Origin: an uncultured Nitrospiraceae bacterium
GTDB lineage: Bacteria > Nitrospirota > Thermodesulfovibrionia > Thermodesulfovibrionales > SM23-35
Direction: 5' to 3'
DNA length: 64,000 nucleotides
Assembly (NCBI GenBank): GCA_963727775.1
Contig: CAVSHB010000001.1
Span: 288,001-352,000 of the forward strand
Under the pieces are notes generated by a model, which saw only the letters and a list, made by a program, of their open reading frames with translations, had not been told where the DNA came from and made no database searches. Of this stretch, positions 44,732 to 54,468 are shown piece after piece. How positions within the stretch are numbered: the first letter of the stretch is position 1; each line of letters starts with the position of its first letter. Both the position numbers and the translations under genes were made by a program.

Positions 44732-45522
44732 TGAAGACTCACGGTTTAATAAGCAAAACTCTAGTTATTTTTCAAATGCTGATGGTATCTTCACTTTTCC
44801 TGTTCGTGGGCATGGCATCCGCGCAGTTAACGGCAAAGGCAAACCACGACCATATAACAGTAGACTTTTTTTATCATGGAAGCACGGTCAGTGTAAGAGG
44901 CATCTCTGATCCCGGCGCCGATTTGATTATTAAGATTACATCCGAGGAGGGGCATAATACACTGCGCAAAAAAGGTAAGGTAGGAGGATTCTTATGGATG
45001 AATGTGGGAGAACTCCAAATCGAGCATGTCCCGACTTTATATGCCGTCCATAGCACGAAGAAAGTGGAAGATATATTAAGCAAGGATGAATTGAACAAAT
45101 ACGTCCTTGGATATCCGTCACTGGAAAACCATGTCAGTATGAATGTTTCGGATGACGCAGAGAAGAACAAGTGGTTTAATGAATTCTTGAAGTTTAAAGA
45201 ATCTTCGAACCTCTACACGTCAAGCACAGGAAAGATTTCCTTAACTGAAAACAAAGGTTTACAAAATTATTACATATTGACTCAATGGCCGTTCCAGGCC
45301 CCTCCTGGAAATTACACGGTCACCGTATACGCGGTCAAGGACAAAAAGGTAATTGAGACCGCCACCTCAAGTGTATTCGTGGAACAGGTGGGCCTGGTGA
45401 AATCATTTGCCGGTATGGCGAAGAATAATGCGGCGGTGTACGGGATCATATCCATTCTGGCGGCGCTGAGCGCCGGATTCGGCGTAGGATTGGTATTCGG
45501 AAAAAGCGGAGGCGCACATTAA
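44731..45522 (+). CDS. TIGR02186-like membrane protein
   Basis: KGKVGGFLWMN; follows TauE; C-terminal TM. Confidence 0.7.
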   Translation: MKTHGLISKTLVIFQMLMVSSLFLFVGMASAQLTAKANHDHITVDFFYHGSTVSVRGISDPGADLIIKITSEEGHNTLRKKGKVGGFLWMNVGELQIEHVPTLYAVHSTKKVEDILSKDELNKYVLGYPSLENHVSMNVSDDAEKNKWFNEFLKFKESSNLYTSSTGKISLTENKGLQNYYILTQWPFQAPPGNYTVTVYAVKDKKVIETATSSVFVEQVGLVKSFAGMAKNNAAVYGIISILAALSAGFGVGLVFGKSGGAH

Positions 45523-45523
45523 T

Positions 45524-46387
45524 ATGTATCAAAACATAGTAATTGCCTACGACGATTCGGAATGTAGCAGGGCCGCCCTTTTAGAGTCATCGCACTGGAT
45601 ACAAAGGCACGGCGGGAAAGCGGTGCTCGTCCATTCGGTGTTCTTTGATGAGGAAGAGTTTGTCATTGCCCCTGGCCAGAGAGAAAAGCGCTTTGAATTA
45701 GGGAAAAAGATATGCTATCAGACCAAAGAGAAAGTGTCGGCAGAATTCGGTTTAAACGGGAGCCTGGATGCCGTCATCTGTGAAGGCGAGCCGCATGATA
45801 CCATCGTGGAAGTTGCGCGGGCAAAGAATGCAGACCTTATCGCAATGGGTACTCATGGAAGAAAGGGGCTGAAGAAATTGTTCATGGGAAGCGTGACGGC
45901 GCGGGTTATTGCCAGTTCCCCGTGCGATGTCATGATAGTAAAAAAGCCCTGCGCAAATTGCACCGGAAAATATGCGTCCATACTCGTTTCTTTTGACGGA
46001 TCGGAATTCAGCAAAAAAGCTTTGGTGCGCGCATGCGAATTAGCGAAGATTGACAATTCCAACCTAAGGGCGTTCTATGTCGTCCCCCGGTATGAAGAAA
46101 TGATTGAGTTTTTCTCATCGAGCGTTATAAGGGAAAATCTTCGCCATGAGGCAGAGGACGTCATGGAAATAGCAAAAACGATCGCAACGACGCAAGGTGT
46201 GAAGATAGATACTGAAGTTGCGGAGGGCGACGAAGCAGAAAAAATCATAGAGAAAGCGAAAGGGCTGAAAAATGACCTGATTATTAGGGGAACTCACGGA
46301 TGGAGAGGTATTAATAGGGCGATCATAGGCAGCATTGCGGAGAGAGTAATAATCAATGCTCCCTGCCCTGTATTGGTAGTCAAATAA
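45524..46387 (+). CDS. Tandem universal stress protein
   Basis: Two GTHG...GS...CxV USP motifs. Confidence 0.9.
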   Translation: MYQNIVIAYDDSECSRAALLESSHWIQRHGGKAVLVHSVFFDEEEFVIAPGQREKRFELGKKICYQTKEKVSAEFGLNGSLDAVICEGEPHDTIVEVARAKNADLIAMGTHGRKGLKKLFMGSVTARVIASSPCDVMIVKKPCANCTGKYASILVSFDGSEFSKKALVRACELAKIDNSNLRAFYVVPRYEEMIEFFSSSVIRENLRHEAEDVMEIAKTIATTQGVKIDTEVAEGDEAEKIIEKAKGLKNDLIIRGTHGWRGINRAIIGSIAERVIINAPCPVLVVK

Positions 46388-46402
46388 AAAGGAGAGTGCA
46401 CA

Positions 46403-46822
46403 ATGAATAATTACAGAAAAGTTGTTATTGCAGTGAACGGGGACAAAGATGTCCTTATCCAGGGGTTGAGACTCGTTCATAACGAGAAATGTGATGTTAC
46501 CGTTGTAAAGGTAATTCCACACTATGAAGGTGACCTGAGCATGGTAGGTGTTGGAAATCTTGGTTCCGTGCTGAACAGCAGCTCGAAAGAAGAAATCTCT
46601 GAGATAACTGAGATCGCGAAAACGGAAGGCGCAAAAGTAAAAATAAGATTGGAAGAAGGCGATATCGATAAGAAAATTGTGGAGGCTGCCGAAGAGGAAA
46701 GGGCTGACCTTATAATTATGGGTGGTAAAAAACATAATTTTATCGAAAAACTCCTTGACCTGGATACTATTGATAAGGTTACCGGACATGCATCTTGTCC
46801 CGTGTTGTTAGTAAATAGATAA
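46403..46822 (+). CDS. Universal stress protein
   Basis: ADLIIMG and ASCPVLLV motifs. Confidence 0.85.
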   Translation: MNNYRKVVIAVNGDKDVLIQGLRLVHNEKCDVTVVKVIPHYEGDLSMVGVGNLGSVLNSSSKEEISEITEIAKTEGAKVKIRLEEGDIDKKIVEAAEEERADLIIMGGKKHNFIEKLLDLDTIDKVTGHASCPVLLVNR

Positions 46823-46863
46823 GAATAGTTTTTAGCATACTTATTGGACGTATTGCCACAATA

Positions 46864-47059
46864 GTTGCAATATGCAACCTTGCCCCTTTGTTTGCAACTG
46901 TTGTGCAAACGTCTGCCCGACCTTAAGGATCTCACTCCCTGAATATTTATAATTGCAATTTGCAACAATTGTATCAACCTCGCAACGCTTTTTAAAACCT
47001 CTACATTTCAATAATATCAACAACTTACGTGTGTGTTATGGCGTGGCATAAAATTTGTT
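46864..47059 (+). promoter_or_regulatory. Sigma54 promoter with IHF site and TTGCAA-type activator palindromes
   Basis: GTTGCAATATGCAAC (46864), ATTGCAATTTGCAAC (46952), TATCAACAACTTA (47015), TGGCATAAAATTTGTT (47044). Confidence 0.65.
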
Positions 47060-47100
47060 ATACAAAGTAATAACAAAATCAAAACTATAAGAGGGAAACA

Positions 47101-47378
47101 ATGGATGTAAAAGAGTTGGTAGCACAGTTTGAGGAAATAATGTCTGCCGCTGCATTTGCGGAAGCCGGGGCATTTGATGACGCAAGAAAATTCCTCAGGG
47201 AAAGAAAGGTGCTGCTTGTTCTGACCGGGATGGAGTCGGACATGAAAGCGGCGAACTCATCGTTATAGATTCCGAGGATATCGGGCCCCGCGCTGAAGAC
47301 GGTCAAAAGGCGGAACTTAATGAGTTGAATAACCTGCAGTGCCCTGTTGTTTTGGTTTCAGGGCAGGCGAGGCTGTGA
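47101..47378 (+). pseudogene. USP-like protein (AAAFAEAG motif) with apparent internal deletion
   Basis: N-terminal part stops at 47268; downstream LQCPVVLV C-terminal remnant. Confidence 0.55.
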
Positions 47379-47406
47379 AAAATATTTTTCGTATAAGGAG
47401 GGGTTG

Positions 47407-47730
47407 ATGGGAAACGATCATGGAGCAGCAAAGAAGAAGCCGGTTGGTAAGATGGTGTTGTACGGGATAATGTCGGTAGCCCTTTATGCCGCAATGTTTT
47501 CGTACCAGGGAGCTGTCACGGCATATTTCACGAGAGGGGCGTGGTATGCTGCATTGCCGATTGCAACAGCGTTTGCGATCTCTTTCATTCACGGCGGGTT
47601 TACTAATTATTTCTGGTCTGTGCTGGGCATTGAAGCGACTAAAAAGGCTCTGCGTCCGAGAGTTGAAGAGAAACGCACTTACGACGTAGAACGTCCAAAG
47701 ATTCAACCTCGCCTGAGAGCAGAGTTATAA
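47407..47730 (+). CDS. Small membrane protein associated with TauE
   Basis: RBS AAGGAGGG; SFIHGGFT.YFWSVLGIEA. Confidence 0.75.
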   Translation: MGNDHGAAKKKPVGKMVLYGIMSVALYAAMFSYQGAVTAYFTRGAWYAALPIATAFAISFIHGGFTNYFWSVLGIEATKKALRPRVEEKRTYDVERPKIQPRLRAEL

Positions 47731-47748
47731 GAAAAGGAGGGATGATAG

Positions 47749-48834
47749 ATGCATGATATGGTACATGAAGCAGTAAAGTTTATCGATTTAAATTCCATGA
47801 ATGTTGCATATCTTTTTATTGTCGGTTTCATCGGCGGGCTCGTAAGCGGATTTATCGGTTCAGGCGGCGCCTTTGTTCTTACGCCCGGGATGATGAGCAT
47901 AGGAGTGCCGGGACTTGTGGCAGTTGCAAGCAATATGTGCCATAAGTTTCCGAAGGCATTGGTCGGAGCTATTAAACGCGCCAGATATGGCCAGGTGGAT
48001 GTCAAGTTGGGCCTCGTCTTTGGTGTGTTTGCCGAGGCAGGTGTGTTCTATGGCGCCCATGTCCAGGAGAACATAAAGAAAGCCTTCGGTGACGCGGGTT
48101 CAAACCTTTATGTGAGTGTTGCTTTTGTTGTGGTGCTGGCTGTTGTCGGGGGGTTAGTCCTCCGTGACGCGGTGAAGACTTATAGATCAGGCAAGGCAGA
48201 TGAAGAAGAAAAGGTATCAGATATAGCCAAATGGGTCCAGTCCGTGAATATCCCCGGGACTATGGTCTACTTTAAATGCCTGAAGGCAAAGGTTTCTGTC
48301 CTTTTCATTATCCCGCTTGCTTTTGCAACCGGAATGTTGGCAGCTACTATAGCTGTCGGAGGTTTTATAGGTGTGCCTTCGATGATTTACGTTCTCGGTG
48401 CGCCAAGTCTAATGGGCTCTGCTACGGAACTGGTTGTAGCGTTTGTGATGGGGCTCGGAGGTTCATTTAAATACGCGCTCCACGGTCTTGTTGATATACG
48501 CTTAGCGGCCATTATCCTCGCAGGTTCCCTTTTCGGAATACAGCTTGGCGCTATAGGGACAACATATGTTAAGCCCTTTATGATAAAGTTCGTAATGGGC
48601 CTTATCATGGTTATTGTTCTCTTTAGCCGCGCCCTAATGGTCCCGGTCTATTTGTCGGAGTTAGGCCTGATACAGAAACTGAGCGATGGCGTTATTACGA
48701 TATTGAAAAACACCAGTTTCGCTATTATGGCATTTGCACTTCTCACCGGGGCATTTATCGTGCTTCGAGGTATGTGGCAGGGACGCCGGGCTGAACGCGC
48801 ATTGGCTGAACAAGAATCGCTGGAACACGTTTAG
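47749..48834 (+). CDS. TauE/SafE family permease
   Basis: SGFIGSGGAFVLTP and AVGGFIGVP motifs. Confidence 0.88.
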   Translation: MHDMVHEAVKFIDLNSMNVAYLFIVGFIGGLVSGFIGSGGAFVLTPGMMSIGVPGLVAVASNMCHKFPKALVGAIKRARYGQVDVKLGLVFGVFAEAGVFYGAHVQENIKKAFGDAGSNLYVSVAFVVVLAVVGGLVLRDAVKTYRSGKADEEEKVSDIAKWVQSVNIPGTMVYFKCLKAKVSVLFIIPLAFATGMLAATIAVGGFIGVPSMIYVLGAPSLMGSATELVVAFVMGLGGSFKYALHGLVDIRLAAIILAGSLFGIQLGAIGTTYVKPFMIKFVMGLIMVIVLFSRALMVPVYLSELGLIQKLSDGVITILKNTSFAIMAFALLTGAFIVLRGMWQGRRAERALAEQESLEHV

Positions 48835-48845
48835 TTAGGGGAAAA

Positions 48846-49706
48846 ATGGGACGCTATAGAAAAATTCTCGTTGCGATAGACGGTTCGGAATTAAGCCTGC
48901 ATGCGCTAAGAGAATCTCTCAAGCTCGCGGCAGACGAAAAAAGCTGGGTGACTGTTGTTTCAGTTGTCCCCTCTTATGAAGGTGATCTGGGATCATTGTG
49001 GATAAATAATATTAAGGATTCTATGAGAAAGCCCTGTGCACTGGCTATTTCAGAGGCCGAAAAAATAGCCAAAGAAGAGAGGGCTTTGGTTAAGACTGTC
49101 TGTGAAGAAGGTGAAATATACGAAAAGATTGTCGACCTTGCCGATGCGGAAAACTGTGATGTTATAGTGATGGGCAGAAAAGGTATGAGCCGCCTTGAAA
49201 GGACCCTCATCGGAAGCGTCACCGCAAGGGTCATCGGCAATACATGGAAGGATGTTCTCGTGGTCCCCGAAGGCGTTGCAACAGGCTGGAAAAACATCCT
49301 TCTTGCGACCGACGGTTCCCGTTACAGCGAGGCCGCAACAAACAGAGCTATAGAACTTGCCAAATCCTATGGCGGGTATTTGAAAATTGTATCTGTTGTG
49401 GACATACCGCCTGAGTTTTATTCACACATAAAAGCATTAAAGGCGGCGGATGAACTTATTCAGAAAGCAAAAGGAGTTGTCGCGGCTGTAAAGAATAAGG
49501 CCGAAGAGCAAGGAATAAAAACCGATACATTTGTAAAAGAGGGTGAGGCGTCGAAAGTAGTAACAGATCTTGCCGGGGAACAAAATGTCGATGTAATCGT
49601 TATAGGCTCGCACGGTCGGACCGGCCTCAGGAGGCTTCTTATGGGGAGCGTTGCTGAAAGTGTAATCGGGATTGCCTCATGCCCTGTGCTCGTGACACAT
49701 ATCTGA
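48846..49706 (+). CDS. Tandem universal stress protein
   Basis: Two USP domains; GSHGRTGLRRLLMGSVAE. Confidence 0.92.
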   Translation: MGRYRKILVAIDGSELSLHALRESLKLAADEKSWVTVVSVVPSYEGDLGSLWINNIKDSMRKPCALAISEAEKIAKEERALVKTVCEEGEIYEKIVDLADAENCDVIVMGRKGMSRLERTLIGSVTARVIGNTWKDVLVVPEGVATGWKNILLATDGSRYSEAATNRAIELAKSYGGYLKIVSVVDIPPEFYSHIKALKAADELIQKAKGVVAAVKNKAEEQGIKTDTFVKEGEASKVVTDLAGEQNVDVIVIGSHGRTGLRRLLMGSVAESVIGIASCPVLVTHI

Positions 49707-49714
49707 TTGTCCGC

Positions 49715-49752
49715 GGGTGTAATAAGGCGTGAATCCGCGACTTATTACACCC
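49715..49752 (+). terminator. Stem-loop after the USP operon
   Basis: GGGTGTAATAAG...CTTATTACACCC; no U-tract. Confidence 0.45.
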
Positions 49753-49974
49753 TGCATCCTTATCTCTTAACCTGCACTATTCATAAAATTGCCGACTGTC
49801 ACCAAGCTTTTGCATCCCCATGTCCTACGGTTAATGGCGGACACGGAATTTTCGCTTATTCTCGGTCGTCCCGACCTCCGAGGTAAATTCTTTCTTCGAA
49901 AGAATTTAAAACCGCTCAAATACTGCGTTCGCCATTATTGACCCACAAACTGCTATAGGAAATGTCACGACGAA

Positions 49975-50048
49975 TATCGGAGTCCGACCCAGCGTGCCAC
50001 TCGGTCCGATTTATTACTGCCACCTGTTCCGGACCAAATCTGCCACCT
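49975..50048. repeat. IS21-like terminal tandem repeats (remnant)
   Basis: TGCCAC at 49995, 50018 and 50041 (23-bp period). Confidence 0.55.
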
Positions 50049-50065
50049 TGGCATGGGGAAGTCTG

Positions 50066-50108
50066 AACTTCGAATAAGCGTTATTCCGCTGCGAAGTTGC
50101 GGAATAAC
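50066..50108. repeat. Palindromic repeat; empty near-match of the IS110 copy A target
   Basis: AACTTCGAATAAGCGTTATTCCGCTGCGAAGTTGCGGAATAAC. Confidence 0.85.
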
Positions 50109-50249
50109 GTGTGGAGAACATCCTATAGTGCCTCCTGTCAAGACAAAAAACATCTGGGAAATTTACTTAAATATCAATGATCGTTATCCGAGATCTTGCA
50201 AGAACAATAGTCTGCCGTACGTCCATCTGGACGATAGTATTTTTTCTCG

Positions 50250-50496
50250 ACGCACTCTCTCACTACAATCGAACTTGATCTCTGATAGTTACGTTTATCC
50301 GACGTGTTCCGCATTGAGCGTACCGCCCATCATCCCTTATCCAGACTCTCAAGTTCAGTGAGAGGCCCTATATTGTTCTCCACGAGGTCTTTCGCCTCAA
50401 CTAAGCCAAGCTCGGGCTCTCTGCGTCTTGTTTTTGGGGCCTCCAGAACAGAAACGGCTTCACAGGAAGCCCTCAGTTAAGTTCTTTTGATGTGGC
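50250..50496 (-). ncRNA. Putative bridge RNA/seekRNA of copy B (boundaries approximate)
   Basis: Guides GGCTTAGT (50400-50407) and GTGGAGAAC (50375-50383) match the element's own flanks. Confidence 0.8.
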
Positions 50497-51789
50497 CTAT
50501 ATTTGGATATCCCCCTTATTGAGATATTTTGGATCGAATAGCTCCTTCTTTTTCATCAAGGTCCATGCGATAACCAAAAGCTTTGCGGCTATCTTTACAC
50601 GCATCTTCGTACTAATTCCCTTTTCCCTCTGCCGACCTCTGAGCTTATTGGTGTAATAAATCGTAAAATCTTTGTTATGAAAGGAAGCGATTAGAGCAGC
50701 CTGATATAAGGCGTAGCGAAGATCGGCTTTCCCTTGTTTGGAGATTACCGGCGTTACGCTGTTTGAAGTCTTTCCGCTTCGCTCCGCGCAAAGGTCGAAA
50801 CCAGCCATCTTCAGGACCTGCTTGTCGCTCGTAAAGCGAAAGGGATTACCTATCGCCCCGAGAACCTTTGATGAGACATCCGGCCCAAAGCCAGGGATAC
50901 TCAAAAGGCATGGGTATTCCGGAAACTGTAGGCACATATCCTCTATTTTATCTTCCACCTCTTTGATCGTCTCTCGCACCTGATTAAGCATGGATACCAT
51001 CACCTTCGCCTCGAACGGCACTGCGTCTCCTACATAACATCCAATGGAATCAGGGGCTATCTGCCAGATCGCCTGCAGCAGCTTTTGTTGGGCAATATTC
51101 ATTCTGCTGAGGGCAACGTGCCTGCGGAATTCATCGAATTCCATCCCGGCGATCACCGAGGGATTAAGACAGCGGCCGACTACGGCCAGGCTCACCGCTG
51201 GGCCGAAGTGGCGGTCCATTTCAGGGAAATACTGGGCCAGAAGCTGATTGCGGATGCGAACCCGGAGGCCATGTTCCTCTTTCTTGAGTCGTCTCTTTAA
51301 GGAAAGGAGATTCCTCAGATCCCGCATCTTCGGATCCGGATATTCATAGAATAGGAATTTCCCTTGGGAAATGAGGTCGGCTACGTTAGAGGAATCCTTG
51401 GTGTCGTGCTTATCCCATCTGCCATCCAGAAGCGTGCGGTTGTTTTTTACTGCCGTCCCCGCTACCAAAACAACCATATGCCCACACTTAATAAGATGCT
51501 CTCCCAGAGGCTTATGGTAATTGGCTGTGGGCTCAAGACCAAAGACCACCTTTGTAAGGTCATGCTGGACCTTAAGCGCTTCTGTCAGCGTCAGCAGTTT
51601 CTCGAATCCTTCAATCGTGTTGTCAAAGATCACTCCCTTGTGCAGCGTTTTGCCGTTAGCCGTGCCGAAAAAGGCATTGTGCTTCTCTTTAGCCACGTCG
51701 ATGCCGATGATCAAATACTGATCGGAGCCACGTATCTCTTTCTTGACTTGTCGAAACTCCCTAAGTCTGATACCATCTACTTGTTCCAT
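50497..51789 (-). CDS. IS110 DEDD recombinase, intact
   Basis: GIDVAK, LEPT, KHDTKD and ERSGK motifs. Confidence 0.95.
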   Translation of the reverse strand: MEQVDGIRLREFRQVKKEIRGSDQYLIIGIDVAKEKHNAFFGTANGKTLHKGVIFDNTIEGFEKLLTLTEALKVQHDLTKVVFGLEPTANYHKPLGEHLIKCGHMVVLVAGTAVKNNRTLLDGRWDKHDTKDSSNVADLISQGKFLFYEYPDPKMRDLRNLLSLKRRLKKEEHGLRVRIRNQLLAQYFPEMDRHFGPAVSLAVVGRCLNPSVIAGMEFDEFRRHVALSRMNIAQQKLLQAIWQIAPDSIGCYVGDAVPFEAKVMVSMLNQVRETIKEVEDKIEDMCLQFPEYPCLLSIPGFGPDVSSKVLGAIGNPFRFTSDKQVLKMAGFDLCAERSGKTSNSVTPVISKQGKADLRYALYQAALIASFHNKDFTIYYTNKLRGRQREKGISTKMRVKIAAKLLVIAWTLMKKKELFDPKYLNKGDIQI

Positions 51790-52187
51790 AGAAACCTCCT
51801 GTCAAAAGAATTTTGTTTCTCCATAAACTTATTCTTACAGGAGGTTTCTATTTTTTAATAGCTATAAAATTAGTCTCCCTTATGATTGAATGGGGAAGTT
51901 TGATCTTATGCCATTTCTATATATAACTAAGCCGGTGCGCCGGATATGGGGATTCGATTAATTCTCCCGGAACTTTTTCTATCGAAGAGGATATGGTTTA
52001 TGGAGCATCTGTCTTATTTTGATCTGCATGAGATCATCCTGATACGAAAATTGAGGCTGAGATTGCGACCATTGCAGCTGGATAGTATCCCAAGGTCTGA
52101 TTTCAGACAATAGGGGAGCATAGCGAAACAGGATGCTGTTTTCGCAGGTTGATAGAGCTATGATTTTTGAGCTATCGCCGGTGTGCA

Positions 52188-52436
52188 TCAGTATCGATCC
52201 GGAGGGCTATTGCACCTGGAAGGGAGCAAATACTCAATCGTGACCATTGTGCCCTTCTTGCAAACCGGGCAGGTATTGATATCGATACCGTAGATTCTGA
52301 GCAACTGATCCTGCCAGGTCTCTGATTTTTCTTCTTCTTCTTCTTTTGTTTCGGTTTTACAACTGCCGATGAGCTTACGGCATAGCGCGATGTTGTCTTT
52401 ACGCTTTCTGTTTGCGAGGAGTCCGAAGTGCCTGAT
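52188..52436 (-). pseudogene. IS91-family transposase C-terminal fragment
   Basis: IRHFGLLANR...CPVCKKG continues FVRIR from the other side of the RIT. Confidence 0.88.
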
Positions 52437-52535
52437 TTATGTTATATATTCACTTATGTTGCGTCGTTTGTGAAAGGCCTTGTTATTGCACAATGTCATC
52501 GTTAACGACACAACATAAGTAAATCCCTCTTCGGG

Positions 52536-53531
52536 TTAAAGTGCTTTTAAGAATGCCATCAACCCCGGCTGATCTTTCCACCGTCTTGATTGCTCTGAAG
52601 TAAATATCTCACAGTGGGCAAGTGCCTTTGCCTTCATTTCGAGATCGACCTCAGCATAGACATTTGTGGTATCTAGCGACACATGCCCCAGCCATGCACG
52701 GATTGTATTAATATCCACACCTGCGCGAAGAAGGTGAACTGCGCAGGAATGACGAATTATATGTGCACTGACTCTTTTCGTTCTCATTGAGGGGACTTTG
52801 TTGCTTGCTTTGATAACATAACGCCTAACGAGGGCATGAATGCCGAAGCGAGTGATTGTCTGCCCCCGACAGTTGAGGAAAACCTGTTCGCTATCCTGGC
52901 GATCGGCAATGAGAGTGCGTAAAGTATTGGCTGTTAAAGACCATAAAGGACAGATTCGTGTCTTGCCTCCCTTGCCTTTAATCTTGACTGAAAGCGAATA
53001 ATCCAGGTCGAGATCGTCTACAGTCATATTCGCAGCTTCATGGGCGCGGGCGCCAGTATTGTAAAGAAAAAGAAGTACGGCATAATCTCTAAAGCCTTGT
53101 TTGGTGGAAGTAACGGGAGCATTAAGCAGGGCATCCATTTCTTGTTTGTCGAGATAAGACATCGCAGCCTTTGCAGTTTTTTTGAAAGGGATAGCTCTGA
53201 TCTGTCCACACCAGATGATGTGTTCCGGACATCGTTCGCCGATAAAACCGGCGAGGGCGTGAATTGCGGCAAGGCGCTGGTTGCGAGTGGCTATAGAACA
53301 GGATCGATGCTCCTCTATATAAAGCAGAAAAAGACGAATTACCTCAGGGGATATATGCTCTACAAGCAGCTTGTCTATAGGTTTTCTGACCTTCTCAGCG
53401 ATGAAAGGGAGCATCAAGGCCAGAGCATCGCGATAACTGGATTGTGTATTTAGCGACAGATTACGCTCTTCCACCAAGTATTCCATAAGGAAGCGTCGCA
53501 CCCAATATCCGATAGAAGTTACGTTAGACAT
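52536..53531 (-). CDS. RIT tyrosine recombinase C
   Basis: YNTGAR, HIIRHS and WLGHVSLDTTNVY motifs. Confidence 0.92.
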   Translation of the reverse strand: MSNVTSIGYWVRRFLMEYLVEERNLSLNTQSSYRDALALMLPFIAEKVRKPIDKLLVEHISPEVIRLFLLYIEEHRSCSIATRNQRLAAIHALAGFIGERCPEHIIWCGQIRAIPFKKTAKAAMSYLDKQEMDALLNAPVTSTKQGFRDYAVLLFLYNTGARAHEAANMTVDDLDLDYSLSVKIKGKGGKTRICPLWSLTANTLRTLIADRQDSEQVFLNCRGQTITRFGIHALVRRYVIKASNKVPSMRTKRVSAHIIRHSCAVHLLRAGVDINTIRAWLGHVSLDTTNVYAEVDLEMKAKALAHCEIFTSEQSRRWKDQPGLMAFLKAL

Positions 53532-54468
53532 GATTCACGTCCGATAGAACATAATGTTCAAAACGCAAATTTGCTTCCCGCAAAAGATCAGGAGTCATGC
53601 TCAAATAGCATTGGGTCTCCGCCACATCAGTATGGCCCAAATAGGTTGATAATTGAGGCAGCAAGCGCTGGACATCAGCGCCTTCCCGGTACCAGGCTTC
53701 AAGACGGTGAACTGAAAAAGTGTGACGAAGGTCGTGAATCCTGGGATAGTATCGAGTGCCGTCCCGGCGAGGCATCCCGGATAGGTTTCGCAAACGACTG
53801 AAAGTTTTTTGCATGCGGCCATAGGATAAAGCGTGGCCAGTGCGTGTGGCAAAAAAGGCGGAATCTTCCTTAAGTCGGCAGGGCAACAGTCGCCTTTTTC
53901 CCAGATAGGAGTCAAGGTGGTCAGTTAACCGAGGGCCGATGGGTACGAGACGTGTCTTATAGAATTTGGTATTGCGCACTGTGATAAGGCTATCCGAAAC
54001 GTTAACATCAGCAATCGTTAGAGAAAGCGCTTCGCTGATACGAAGGCCTGTTCCATAAAGGGTAAGCAAAATGGTTCGGAAGGTGGTTGCCTGAAGAGGA
54101 CTTATTGGGGATTTAAGCGAGTTGGTAGCGGAAAGGAGGCGGTGCAGTTCCTCGGTGGTGTAAATATATGGTTCCAGAGTCGCCGGACGTTTAGGTACCA
54201 TCTTTGGAAGCGGAGACTTGTCGATATGACCATGGGTCAGAGCAAAGCGATAGAAACCACAGAGGACTTCATACTTCCGGTGCCAGAAGGTAGTGATCGG
54301 ACCTTCACCTGCAAGGAATGCTGCTGCAGTATCGGGATTAACTTCTTCGATCTCTATATTGCCCATAGCTTTGCAAAAAGATCTGAGTACCACAGCATCA
54401 GACCGGTAACACATACCAATGGACTGTTTTAGCGACACATACTCGGTAACAAGTTCTGAGAGTTTCAT
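53524..54468 (-). CDS. RIT tyrosine recombinase B
   Basis: TGLRISE, TKFYKTRLVP, HDLRHTF and LSTYLGH motifs. Confidence 0.92.
   Translation of the reverse strand: MKLSELVTEYVSLKQSIGMCYRSDAVVLRSFCKAMGNIEIEEVNPDTAAAFLAGEGPITTFWHRKYEVLCGFYRFALTHGHIDKSPLPKMVPKRPATLEPYIYTTEELHRLLSATNSLKSPISPLQATTFRTILLTLYGTGLRISEALSLTIADVNVSDSLITVRNTKFYKTRLVPIGPRLTDHLDSYLGKRRLLPCRLKEDSAFFATRTGHALSYGRMQKTFSRLRNLSGMPRRDGTRYYPRIHDLRHTFSVHRLEAWYREGADVQRLLPQLSTYLGHTDVAETQCYLSMTPDLLREANLRFEHYVLSDVNHV

Larger units (their letters stand above)
50118..51927 (-). mobile_element. IS110-family (IS1111-type) element, copy B
   Basis: Ends nearly identical to copy A; GT core at both junctions. Confidence 0.92.

Noticed and set aside
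49975..50048. 23-bp periodic repeats (also 11290-11340) as a mini-CRISPR
   Set aside because: Period too short, no spacer structure and no cas genes; fits IS21-type ends
52437..52535. Guide-like matches between RIT non-coding DNA and its target
   Set aside because: Only 6-7 nt imperfect matches, not clearly above chance
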